DNA from: Callorhinchus milii | Taxonomy: Eukaryota | Reading direction: 5' to 3' | Length of the DNA stretch: 64,000 nucleotides | NCBI RefSeq assembly: GCF_018977255.1 | Contig: NW_024704742.1 | Coordinates: forward strand, 138,386,001 to 138,450,000 | Part shown: one piece after another, positions 48,501-60,500 of the stretch | Layout: the number at the start of each line of letters is the position of its first letter | Position numbering within the stretch: position 1 is the stretch's first letter | Program-made: the position numbers and the translations under genes | Notes under the pieces: generated by a model | The model's database searches: none | What the model saw: the letters and a program-made list of their open reading frames with translations, nothing else | Told to the model about the DNA's origin: nothing

Positions 48501-51500
48501 TTTTAGATTTTTTTAAAGTAATTATTACCTCTAGAAAAGCGACCCGCCAATCGACTTAACAACTGGGTTCCTTCCTACTTACTACTAGGTAAACAGGCCG
48601 GTGGAATAAGAAAACTTGCCTAAGACTTCCCCCCACCCTGAGATCAAACCCAGGTCCTCTCGCTTGTGAGGTGAGCACGATAACCACTAAGCTACAGGAC
48701 TCCACGAAAGTCAATAAATGACTCCCAGTTCATGAGATTATCTGTTGCATTTCCTGTTTTGACATAACAGTTAGGTGTGTGCTGTAAGGAGGGATGGTTG
48801 CACTGCACTGCGTGGTGCTGGAGGGCAGGGTACACTGCTGTAATGTTACCCACTAGAGCCGGCAGGATCCCTGTGTCCTGCCCTGAGCCTTACCAGAGCC
48901 CAGAGCGCTGCCTTCAGATGTTTGACTCCCTCCCATGTGTCGAGGCTTGGGGACCGCACGCTGTAACTCAGGTCTGGGACGATGCTCTAGGGCAGAGGGA
49001 GAAGCAAAGTTGGTCACATTCAGATAGAACCATGGACTAACACAGAGAAATTATCTCAAAATTAATAATAATCCTTGCATTTGATATTACCCCTTATCAT
49101 GTCATCAAGATGTCTCAAAGCGCTTCACAGAATATATTGCAAAGTGGATTGGCTGTGTGTTTTGTGGGCGAAACATTGCAGCCAATTCCGCACAGCAGTG
49201 TCCCACAAACAGTTGTGGGTTGAGTGACCAAATTATTATTAGTTTTCAAAAAGAATTTGAAGGGATTATTATCACCGGAGAACGATCCGCTAATCTACTA
49301 ACAAGCGGGTTCCTACTTACTGCTAGGTAAACAGAGGCATGTGGAGTAAGCAAACTTGCCTATGGTTTTACTCTGCCCGAGAATCGATCCCAGGTCCTCT
49401 CGCTTGCGAAGCGAGCTCGCTAATCATTACTCTACAGGACAACAACAACTTTTATCTATATATATATATAGAGAGAGAGAGAGCACCCTTCACGCCGGAA
49501 GGCATCTTGGAGCGCTTTTCACCAAAATGAGAGTAAAACAGGTCAGGCTGAGGTAATAAATAATTTCTTCTCACACAGTGGTAAGATTTTGGAACACACA
49601 GCGTCAGAAAGCCATGCGTATGGAGTGAAGTGAGAGAATTGATGAGACAGGATGACTATAACAGAAGAGTAGAGCAGTGCCCTCACCTGGGCCTCCAGTA
49701 AATTACAGCCGGTCTTGTGATGGACTAGTTGGCCATAGAGGTGAACAGGTAAGTAAACATAGGGCCTCTGTAACCTAGAGAGGGGGGAGAGAAGTCACAG
49801 CAACAAGGTAAATTACACAACAATAATCCTCACAGTGCATAGTCCCAAAGTGCTTCACTGCTCCACAACACAATCTACATTATACAGCACTTTCACGCCA
49901 GGAGGAAGTCTCGAAGAACCTCACAGAGCCGTCAGGGAGCCTCAGCCTAGGAGGAGGAGAGAGAGCAGAGGAGGATCTCCACAATGGAGCTCCATGCAGG
50001 TCGATGTGGTCAGAGCCTGAGGTGAGAAGGTGGTGATGAGGCAGGAGACACTTGGTCTCATTGACAATTCGCTGTAGAACATTATGGCTCACCCAGAATT
50101 TGATAGCAGACAATCGGCTTCACAGAGCAGTGCTGGCAAGTGTAGTGACTGTCTGTCTGTCTATATGTAGTCAAACACAACGGCTATTTTGTGTAGGGCA
50201 AGGTCCCACGCGCACAGCCATGAAATGAATGACTACCTTATCCGGAGGATTGTCGACCAGGACCCTGGGAAAGAAACTCCCTTCCCTTTTCTAACAGTGT
50301 CGCGGGGATCTTTAACGTGTAGTGTCACCCTATGGAACTCCATCCATAGGGTGACACTACACGTTAAAGATCCCCGCAGACCCTCCGCCTCAGCCTCTCC
50401 CTTGCCTCCTTCAAGACCCATCTCAAGACCCTTCTCTTCGACCGTGCTTTCGATCACCCTCTTCCCCCCTCCGCTCTCTACCCTCCCAATTCCGACCCCC
50501 AGCTTCGGCCCAGCACCTTGGGAGGTCCTCCCGACATGAGAGGCGCTATACAAATGTAATTTTGTGGTTGTTGTCATCTTGGACTGTGAGCTCAAGTCTT
50601 ACTTTACTTTTGTGAGTCTAAAAAGAGTAAAGGCACTGCTCTGAGTGCTGTGCTGTGTAGAGTGAACAGAACACCCCCACACCTCTGGTTACTGCGCCTC
50701 ACATAGTTCTCCCCGTCAGCTGGCTTGCGGTATGTGGTGAGAGCCTCGTTCAGCTGTTCTTCGATCAGGTCCACATATTTCAAGTTGTACTCCTGAGAAC
50801 AGGCGACAAGACCGTTAAACTGCGCCCCGTGTGGGAGAACAAATCCAGTCAAACACAGCCCTTCTTTACCTGACTGTACTGTAATAATAATCCTTGCATT
50901 TGATGCAGCACCTTATCACGTAGTCAAGATGTCTCAAAGCGTTTCAAGAATATACTGTAAAGTGAATTGACTGTATATTTGGGGCAAAATGCGGCAGCCA
51001 ATTGCTCCAGCAGTGTCCCACAGACAATCGTGGATTGAGTGACCAAATTGTTATTTTTTAAATTAATTATTTTTTTTGAAGAGATTATTACCCCCAGAAA
51101 AGTGATCCACCAATCAACTTAACAACCAGATTCCTACATACTGCTCTGTAAACAGAGGAGTGTGAAATAAGGAAACTTGCCCAAAGTTTAGCCTGCCTGG
51201 AACTGAACTCAGATCCTCTCGCTAGCTTGCCTCTCCCTGGGCACGTCTCAATGCTATGTAATGAAGACACTGACCTTTTGCCATTTTTCCAGCTGCTTGG
51301 TCACATAGCCTCTCTCGTTGAGGTAGGAAAAGCCCTTTGGAATGGACAGAAATCTGTAAAGAGAAGGCAGGATTTAGCACCTTAGCCACAGCAACAACTT
51401 GCATTTACACAGTGCCCCTCATGCAAGGTAGCATTCCAGAGCGCTTCACAATGACGGAGCATGATGCCGAGCCGGATGGAAGGGGAGGTGACCGTAGGCA

Positions 51501-54500
51501 CGGTTGAAGAGGAAGGTCTTCAGGCGTGATCTGAAAGTGGGGAAGGAAGGGGCAAGGCGGAGGGATAGAGGAAGAGTTTTCCAGAGTTTTGACCTGTTGT
51601 AAACATTAGCTCTGAGCCAGTTACACTGTAGTGCAATAATGCCAGCTCATAAAAGAGAAATACTCTTGATTCACAGAAAGGAAGATGATGCCATTCGGCT
51701 TATTGCATCCAAGCTGTTACTCGCTCCCCCACTGGAGCTCTCTCTCAACTCTAACCTGTTCTGCGCTGGTGCTAGCTCTCAATGGACCTTTTATTTCTTC
51801 CGCTTAAAATTCTTATTCAACCCCCTTTAGCTTGACCAGTCACTTGAGGCTACGCAAGCTATGCTCCAATAATAAGGAAAAGTTAGTTCTAACCTCTCTC
51901 TTGTATTGTTCCAGTTATTATAATAATTATCCTTGCATTTGATATTGCACCTTATCACCTTGTCAAAGCATCTAAAAGTGCTTCACACGATTTACTGTAA
52001 AGTGTATTGACTGTGTTTGTAGGTGAAGGTGGCAGACAAGTGGTACAGAAATTTGTCCCCAAACAGCCATGAGGTGAACAAGTGAGTTTATCTGGGGGAT
52101 TGTCAGTCAGGACACTGGCAGAAAAACTACATTCTCTTTTCCAACAGCTGCAAATTCTTTAACGTCCAAATGAACAGGCACAGACGGGAGCTCAGTTTAC
52201 CATCTCACCTGACAGATGGCACCTCCTGCTTCATAGCGCTCCCCCAGCACTGTATGAGCATCAGCATAGACAGTGAGATCTCTGCCCTTGTTGCCAATTT
52301 ACCAACCAGTGGGAATAATCTGTCACTATTTATTCTCTCAGAATAGTTTAGAGTTTGGAAGACGTCCATTGGATCCCCTTAACCTTCACTGTTCCAGTGA
52401 AAAGGGCCTGATTGTTTGATAATAATAATCTTTGCATCTAATATAGCACCTTATCACATCTTCGAGAGGTCTCACAGCGCTTCACATAATATATTGTAAA
52501 GTGAATTGATTGTGTATTTTTGGGGTGAAATGTGGCAGCTAATTGTGCACAGCAGCGTCCCACAAACTGTCGTGGATTGAGTGACCGCGTTATTATTATT
52601 TTTTTGAAAGGATTTTTATGCCCGGAAAGCGTTCCTCCAATTGACTAACAACCAACTTACTGCTAGGTAAACAGAGGCTTGTGGAGTAAGGAACTTGCCC
52701 AACTGTTCACCCTGACCGAGAATCAAACCCGGGTTCTCTCACTTGCGAGGTGAGTGCTCTTACCACTAAACTGAGGACTCCTGTAGGGCTAACAGTGTAT
52801 GTTGTGGGTGATTTTTTTTGTGTGTCTATTTTGGTAGCGAGAAAGGTACTAATTGTCTCCCCACCCGCCCTGTGTGTGGTGCTGAGTGTTAGTGAACTGC
52901 CAACCCGGTCTGGCTGACAGCCAGCTAGAGCAGGGTCCCTGGGTTATACTCACCGGAGCAGCAGCAGCAAGCCCTTGTCTCCCAGGTGGGACACAGCTGG
53001 CTTCATCTGGATCAGTGCATGAAGATTAGCCTGCAATAGCAAACCACACACAGCAAGCCTTTACTATCACACACTGTAGGAACGACAGAGAGAGCACTAG
53101 AAAAAGAAAGAAGCCAGACAGAAATCAAGAGAGGAGAGACAGACAAAGAATGGGAGACAGAGAAAGCAGGAGAGAAACCATAGAACCATAGAATTATACA
53201 GCACAGAAGGAGGCCATTCGGCCCATCGTGACTGTGTCGGCTCTTTGAAAAGAGCTTCCACATCAACCCCACTCCCCTGCTCTCTCCCCATAGCCCTGCA
53301 AACTTGTCCTCCCCAAATAATTATCTATAATTATAGATAATAGATAATTATAAACACGGAGAGACATAAGAGATAGAGACACATAGATAAGAGACAGGGA
53401 GAAAGCAGGTGACAGAGAGACAGAGACAGCGAGAACTAGAGACAGAGAGATAAAGACAGAGAGAGCAGGAGACAGAGAAACATATAGAGAGAGACAGAGA
53501 GAGAGAGCAGAAGATAGAGAGAGGGAGATTCAGACAGAGAGAGAGGGAGAGCAGGAGACAGCGAGAGATAGAGACAGCGAGAGATAGAGTCAGAGAACAG
53601 GAGTTAGAGACAGAGAGAGACAGAGTGAGATAGAGACAGAGAGAGAGACAGAGATAGACAGATAGAGATAGAGAGATAGCCTTCCCCCCTGATGGCTGCT
53701 CACCTTGTCCTCACAAGCCTCGTCGAGGATGTCCAGGGCCTCTGAGGAGATGCTCTTGTTCTTATCGTGCAGTTGGGTGACGAGGAGCTCGATCCCCCAG
53801 TTGCTGAAGAACTCCACATTGGCTCGCAGTAAAACCCGCAAGTGTTTGGTCGCATATAGCCTGCAGTTCTACACACAAACCAGTAGTTAGACCACATGGG
53901 GCCGAGCGACAGCACCTCGCCAATACCTATTGTGGCCCTCCCTGGTAGTGCTCACAGAATAGCACAGAAAAAGCAGTCGCAGTGATAGCAGCTGAGAGGC
54001 CCAGAGTTCAAGGGAAAAGTTCAGCATCTGGTCAGGACATTCTGCCATTGTGCCAGGCTGAAGGCTGCCTTTTCCCCCCCCTTTTGTTGCCCAGCCGGGT
54101 GTCTGACACTCGCGGAAACCCATCACTATGCTTGAGAGTTTCCAAACAAAAGTGAGAATTCCATGTACATATGGAACGTATCCCATCTACATATGTAACG
54201 TACGTATCCCATCTACATATGGAAATCCAGAGATAGATTGGAATGGAATGCGCTCTCTCTCTCCCTGCATTCCCTAATTCCGGGCAGTATTAGGCGCAGG
54301 TTGGCGAGAGCCAAGGCCTGGGGGGAGCCCAGAGTGTGTGTTGGGGTAACTGCTAGAGTCTAATCACACAACTTGGCCACTGCCTGGAAAGCTTTCCCGA
54401 TGCTTGTCCTGCTAGGACTGCCCTACCTGTTAGGGCTTTGGCTGTAGGGTTAACAGGAGCTGAATGGGAGGATTTCCTGCCCCCAGTGACTTCTCTGCCC

Positions 54501-57500
54501 TTCCAGGTCCTGCCGACGAGCCAGGCTGGGCTGGGCTGTCATCAGCAGTGAGTGCCCTGGGATACTGCGGCCCTCCTGGCTCACGATCCAGACTAGAGAC
54601 CGGCAGAGAGGGTTTGCTCAATTCCGACATTCCGTTGCCAAACAACTCACCTTGGGGCCAGTTCAGCTCCAAGAAGACTCCGCTAACCCCCTCCCCCACA
54701 AGGGGATGTTGTTTGACATCAGACAAGCGCAGGTTTTTCTCACTAGGGGAATGTTAGGTACCAGGAACTCCCTGTGAGCTTGCCGGCGGGCAATACACCT
54801 GAGCATGTGACTTGCGAGTCCCAGGAGCACTTACGTCAGTGGCTGCGGTGAGGGTCTTGGAGAGGATGACTCTGGCCAGCCCGTCACGGCTGTAGTCTAG
54901 TGTGGAGACCGTCAGCTTCAGCAGGTGGTCATAGTTCTTCAGGGAACAGAGGCTGAGCAGACTGTAGAGAGAGGGGCAAAGTCAGGCCATTCACCCCACT
55001 TGTCCTGGGTCCTCTCACTTGCGAGGCGAGTGCTCTAACCACTAAACTACAGAACTTTAAATGTTTAAGTTTGCTCAATTCAGAAGCTGTTTTTTTGTTT
55101 AAGGATTGTGGTGATCCCAGACTCTGAATTGACTGAATTGAAGAATTTTCCACAATTAATAATCTTTGTATTTTGAGGCAAAAATAATAACATATCCTCG
55201 CATTTGATATAGCGCTTTATCACGTCTTCGAGACATCTCAAAATGCTTCACAGAATATTCTGTAAAGTGTAGTAACTGTATATTTTGTGGGCGCTACTCG
55301 GCAGCCAATAGCGCACAACAGTGCTCGACAATCAAACCCAGGTCCTCTTACTTGGGAGCTGAGTGCTCTAACCACTACGCTACAGGACTCCGATATGGCC
55401 TCAACAACAACTTGCATTTATATAGAGCTCCTCACACAGGGTGGCGTCCCAGAGCGCTTTACAGCAGCAGAGCATGATGCCGAGCTGGGGGGAGGTGACC
55501 GTTGGTACGGTCGAAGAGGAAGATCTTCAGGCGCGATCTGAAGATGGAGAAGGAAGGGGCAAGGTGGAGGGATAGAGGGAAAGTGTTTCAGAGTCTCGGG
55601 GAGTAGTGGCTGAATGCGTGGTCAGGCTAAGACGAGGTAGAATTTCCTGGCCTCTGACCCTCTCGGTGCAGGTGGGTGGCCAGGGCTCAGATGCGGTTAC
55701 TCACCACTGGAACATGTTACATTTCTCCAGCATCTTGACTCCATGTGGGTGTGAGGAGAGGGTGCCGATCAGCAGGAAGTAGTGCTGGCTAAGAGTGTTG
55801 AGCAGCCCGTTGTTCTGCAGGCTTCGGTTAGGCTTCAGGCCTGAGGAGGAGGCCAGCCACTGCACAATGTCCTTCACCAGCTCCTCCAGGTACATCTGTC
55901 CATCCTGACCCACGAGAGGAGAGAACACATAATAATAACAAACCTTGCATTCGATATAGCGCCTTATCATGTTGTTGAGACATCTCAAAGTACTTCACAG
56001 AACATACTGTAAAGTGAATTGACTGTATGCGAAATGCGGTAGCCAACTGTGCAAAGCAGTGTCCCACAAACAGTCACGGATTGAGTGACCAGATTTTTTT
56101 TTAGGAGGGGTTATTACCCCCGGAAAAGTGATCCGTCAATCAACTAACAACTGGGTTCCCACTTGCTCCTGGGGAAACAGAGACACGTCGAGTAAGAACA
56201 CTTGCATAAGGTTTCGCCTTGTCCGGTAATTGAACCCCAGGTCCTCTCAGTTGTGAGGCAAGTGCTCTAATCACTAAGCTACAGGGCTCCGGAGAAGTCC
56301 AGAGTGTCCCACACACAGTATATGGGGCAAAGGTGAGTAAATGGAAGTGAGGTACAGAGCAGCCATGATCTAATAGAATGGCGGAACAGGCTTGAGCGGC
56401 TGAATGGCCTACTCCTGTTCCTATGTTTCTATCCCATCTGCTGCCTTCTCCCCACATTTCTCTTTCATATGCCTGTTTACTGTCTTTGTGAAAGCCACAC
56501 TGGACTGTGCTGAGGGAGTAGGGAGCTGCTCACCTCGTCAGACTCCAGCAGGAACTCGGTGAATTGGCAACCCACGACCGTCAGCTGCTTGCCCATGGCG
56601 TGCTCCAGCTCCATGTTAGCATACAGCTTGCTGCTCGGCTTGTAGAAGTACAGCAGGCGACGCACAAACCTGCATAGAGAGAACAGCAGCTCTCAGCAAC
56701 ACCACACACACACCAGGTCTCAGCAGCACCACACACACACACAGCAGCTCTCAGCAACACTACACAGACACACACACCAGCTCTCAGCAACACCACACAC
56801 ACGCACACACACAGACACAAGCAGCTCCCAGCAACACCACACATACAAATACACACATCAGCAGCTTTCAGCAGTACACACACACAGAACAGCTCTCAAC
56901 AACACTACACATACACACACAGCAGCTTTCAGAAACACCAGAGAACTGGCTGCTCAGGAACACACAGAAACATCAGACAACAACAACAACTTGCACTTAT
57001 ACGGCGCCCTTCACTTAGGGTAGCACCCCGCAGCGCTTGACAGTGGCGCAGCCTGACTCTGAGTCGGGGTGAGGGAGGGGGTGGGATCGTAAGCATGGTC
57101 AATGCAGAAAGTTTTCCGCCACCTGAAGATGGGCAAGGCGGAGGGATTGAGGGAGATTGCACAGAAACACAAGCATACACACAAACACAAAGAAACACAT
57201 GCACGCACAAAAACACATGCACCTTTTCAAACACACATAGAAACACAGTCAAACACAACAAATAAAAACACATGCACACAGACACATGGAAACACAGACA
57301 GACAAATGTATACATAAACACACACAGGTACACATAGTATCTGGTGAGCCCTCCACAAACACACACAAACCTTAGCTTACAGACGATACCTGCTACAACA
57401 CGTACGAGCACATATGCCGAACAATATTAACAAACACACAGACAGAGGGTACACGGCTTCTCCACCCTCCAAACAGCATCGCTCGCCCTAGCCATTACTC

Positions 57501-60500
57501 ACCTGTGTAACTGTTCATCTTTGTAATTCCTCAAGTTGACATTGGGCCACTGCAAGAGGACACACACAGGTCTTGTTAACATCAGTACTAATAAGACTCA
57601 GCTCAGTTACAGCAGAGCAAAATCAGCCAAGGTTCTCTGCTTCTGGGTGGGCAGTGAAGCAGTTTTACTGTATACCCAACACGTACTGTTGTTAACCCGG
57701 GATGGAAAGGTGTAGAAGCAGTTTTACTCCATATCTAACCAATCTATAATAATAATCCTGGCATTTGATACAACGCCTTATCACGTCTTCGAGACTTCTC
57801 AAAGTGCTTCACAGAATATACTGTAAAGTGAATTTACTGTATACTTTGTGGGCGAAACACGGCAGCCAATTGCACACAGCAGCATCCCATGAACAGTTGT
57901 GGATTGAGTGACCAAATTATTCTTTATTTTTTTTGGAAGGAACTGTTACCCCGAAAAAGCGATCTGTCAACCGACTAACAACTGGGTTCCTACTTACTGC
58001 TAGAAAAACGGAGGCATGTAGAGTAAGGAAACTTGGCCAACGTTTCGCCCTGCCCGGGAATCGAACCCAGGTCCTCTCGCTCGCGAAGCAAGTGCTCTAA
58101 ACACAACACTACAGGACTCCACTTACAACAGGGCAAAATCAGTCAGGGTTCCCTGCTTCTGTGTAGACAGTGAAGAAGGAGTTTTACTGTGTACCTAACA
58201 CATGCTATTGTTGACCTGGGATGGAAAAGTGTAGAAGCAGTTTTGCTTCATGTCCAACCCATGCAATTGGCCTCAACGTCAAGCAATTATGGGTTAGATG
58301 TGGAGTTAAGATATCTATCACTCACAAAACATGTCTAACCTTAAGCAGCTAAAATCAGCCTTGAGGCCATGATGCAGTGGTGATTAGCGGTCACTGCTCA
58401 CCTTGAGGATGGTAGATATTAAGTTCCAGTTCCAACGCAGATTGTCCTTGTTATTCAGCACGTCACTGTCGCGCAGGTTCTGCATTATCGCCTCCTCTGT
58501 GTCCTGCAAGAAAACAGTGTGATGAGGGGCCGAGGGGAGTCAGACTGAACATACAACAAGTCTCCCTATATTGTGTACACAGGTGCCCACATAATAATAA
58601 TAATCCTTGCATTTGATATACCGCCTTATCACACTTCGAGACATCTCAGTGCTTTCAAGAATATACTGTCAAGTGTAGTGACTGTATATTTTGTGGGTGA
58701 AACGCGGCAGCCAATTGCCCACAGCAGTGTCCCACAAAGAGTTATGGATTGAGTGACCACATTATTAATTAATTTATTTAATTGAAGAGATCATTACCCC
58801 CGGAAAAGCGATCCAACAATCGACTAACAACCGGGTTCCTACTTACTTCTAAGTAAACAGAGGTGTGTAGAGTAATTCAAACCCAGGCAAGTGCTCTAAC
58901 CACTGAGCTATTATTATTGATTGTGTGGATGGGGGAGGGCAGGTAGTGGGGGGGTCACAGACCAAGAAGTCTTTTCTTGTAACTTGGATAAACCTGGCTG
59001 CCGTACTCCCCTGAGCCCCTTGTGCATGCTTCTGCCCACACTGAGCTAAGGCAGGGTCCCTCCATGTACATGCTGCTGGGGAGGAACATGTGGAGGAGAC
59101 ACTACTTCAGTGCGGGAGCAGTAAACGTTTGGAACAGACACCCTAGGGAGACGGTGGAAGCAGAAAGTGTTGTTTCAAGAACAAATTTGATAGATTTCTG
59201 TTAGGAAATAATATCTGGGGATACAGTATATAGTTTGGGACACGACAGGTCAAGTGACTGCCACGATGGCGGAAGGCGAGCTGGATAACCCTGGTCCTCT
59301 TTCACCGAGCAAGTTCTTACGTTGGTATGCGTCAGGCCGGTATGTAATGAAGCCCTTGTGATCAGTCTCTCTCGTACCTTTAGGATGAAGATGTCTCTCT
59401 GGAAGCGCAGGTGATTGTCTCGCCTGTGGTGCAGGGCGCTGGCTTTGTGCACAATGAGGTCCAGGTACAGGCTGTAGGGTTTGGGGCCCCGCTTCTTCAT
59501 CTCGTGGAAGCGCTTCAGGCAGTTCACTGCTTCACTGGCTCGGCTGTCAATCACAACATCAACTCATGCTTACTGGCAATTCCACAAGCCCAGTCCAACA
59601 ATAACCGTTACATTTGCACAGCACCTTTCACGTCAGGAGGACCTCCCAAGGCACTGGACAGTCAGGAATTTGGACCCGAGCTGGGGATCGGGATCTGGAG
59701 TGGAGGAGGCCAGGGGAGGCTAGAGGTAGGAGAGTGACCGAAGGCGAGGTCAAAGAGGAGGGTCTTGAGACAGCCCTTGATGAAGGCGAGGGAGGGAGCC
59801 AGGTGGAGGGGATGGAGTTCCAAAGGGTGGGAACAGAGAGGCTGAAGGGTTTGGAAGGCCGAAAAGCAAGAAGTTAGCGTTGTCGAGCCTGGATGTGGGG
59901 GCCAGATAAATATAAAAGGCTCCACCAAACCACAAAAAAAAGGCCAAGACAGGCAGCTCCATTTAGAGGGCTTGTATCTCAGTATCAGCTGCTGTGAGCA
60001 GTACACCCGGGTAGCCCTTGGCTCTTGCCTGTGCAGTACTGCTCGCGTGTGTCTGTGTCACCAGCCACCTCCGCTCCCTTAAAGCCCAGGCGTGTTATGC
60101 TGAGCGCACTTGGCTTAAATCAAACCTAACTGTCCATCGGCAGATCTGGCTGGACCATGTCAAATCCTACCGCTCCACCCTCGCCTCCGCTAAATCATCG
60201 TTCTTCTCCAAGACAACCTTGGAGGCTAAGGACAACCCCAGGCTCCTCTTCTCCATCAGGAACCGGCTCTCCGCCCACCCTCTCACACCCCACCCATCTT
60301 CACCTCCAATGTCAACGGCGAGGCGATGCTGGACTTCCTCGAATCCAAAGTTGAGGGAATCCACTCAGTTGCCTCTGCCACTGCATCTGCTACACCCTCC
60401 CCATCTCCACCTGTCACCCCGGCCCCTACCCATCCCTCCCTCCACATCTTTGAACATGTCTCCTCCTCTCTCATCACCACCTTAACCCGTATGAAACCTA

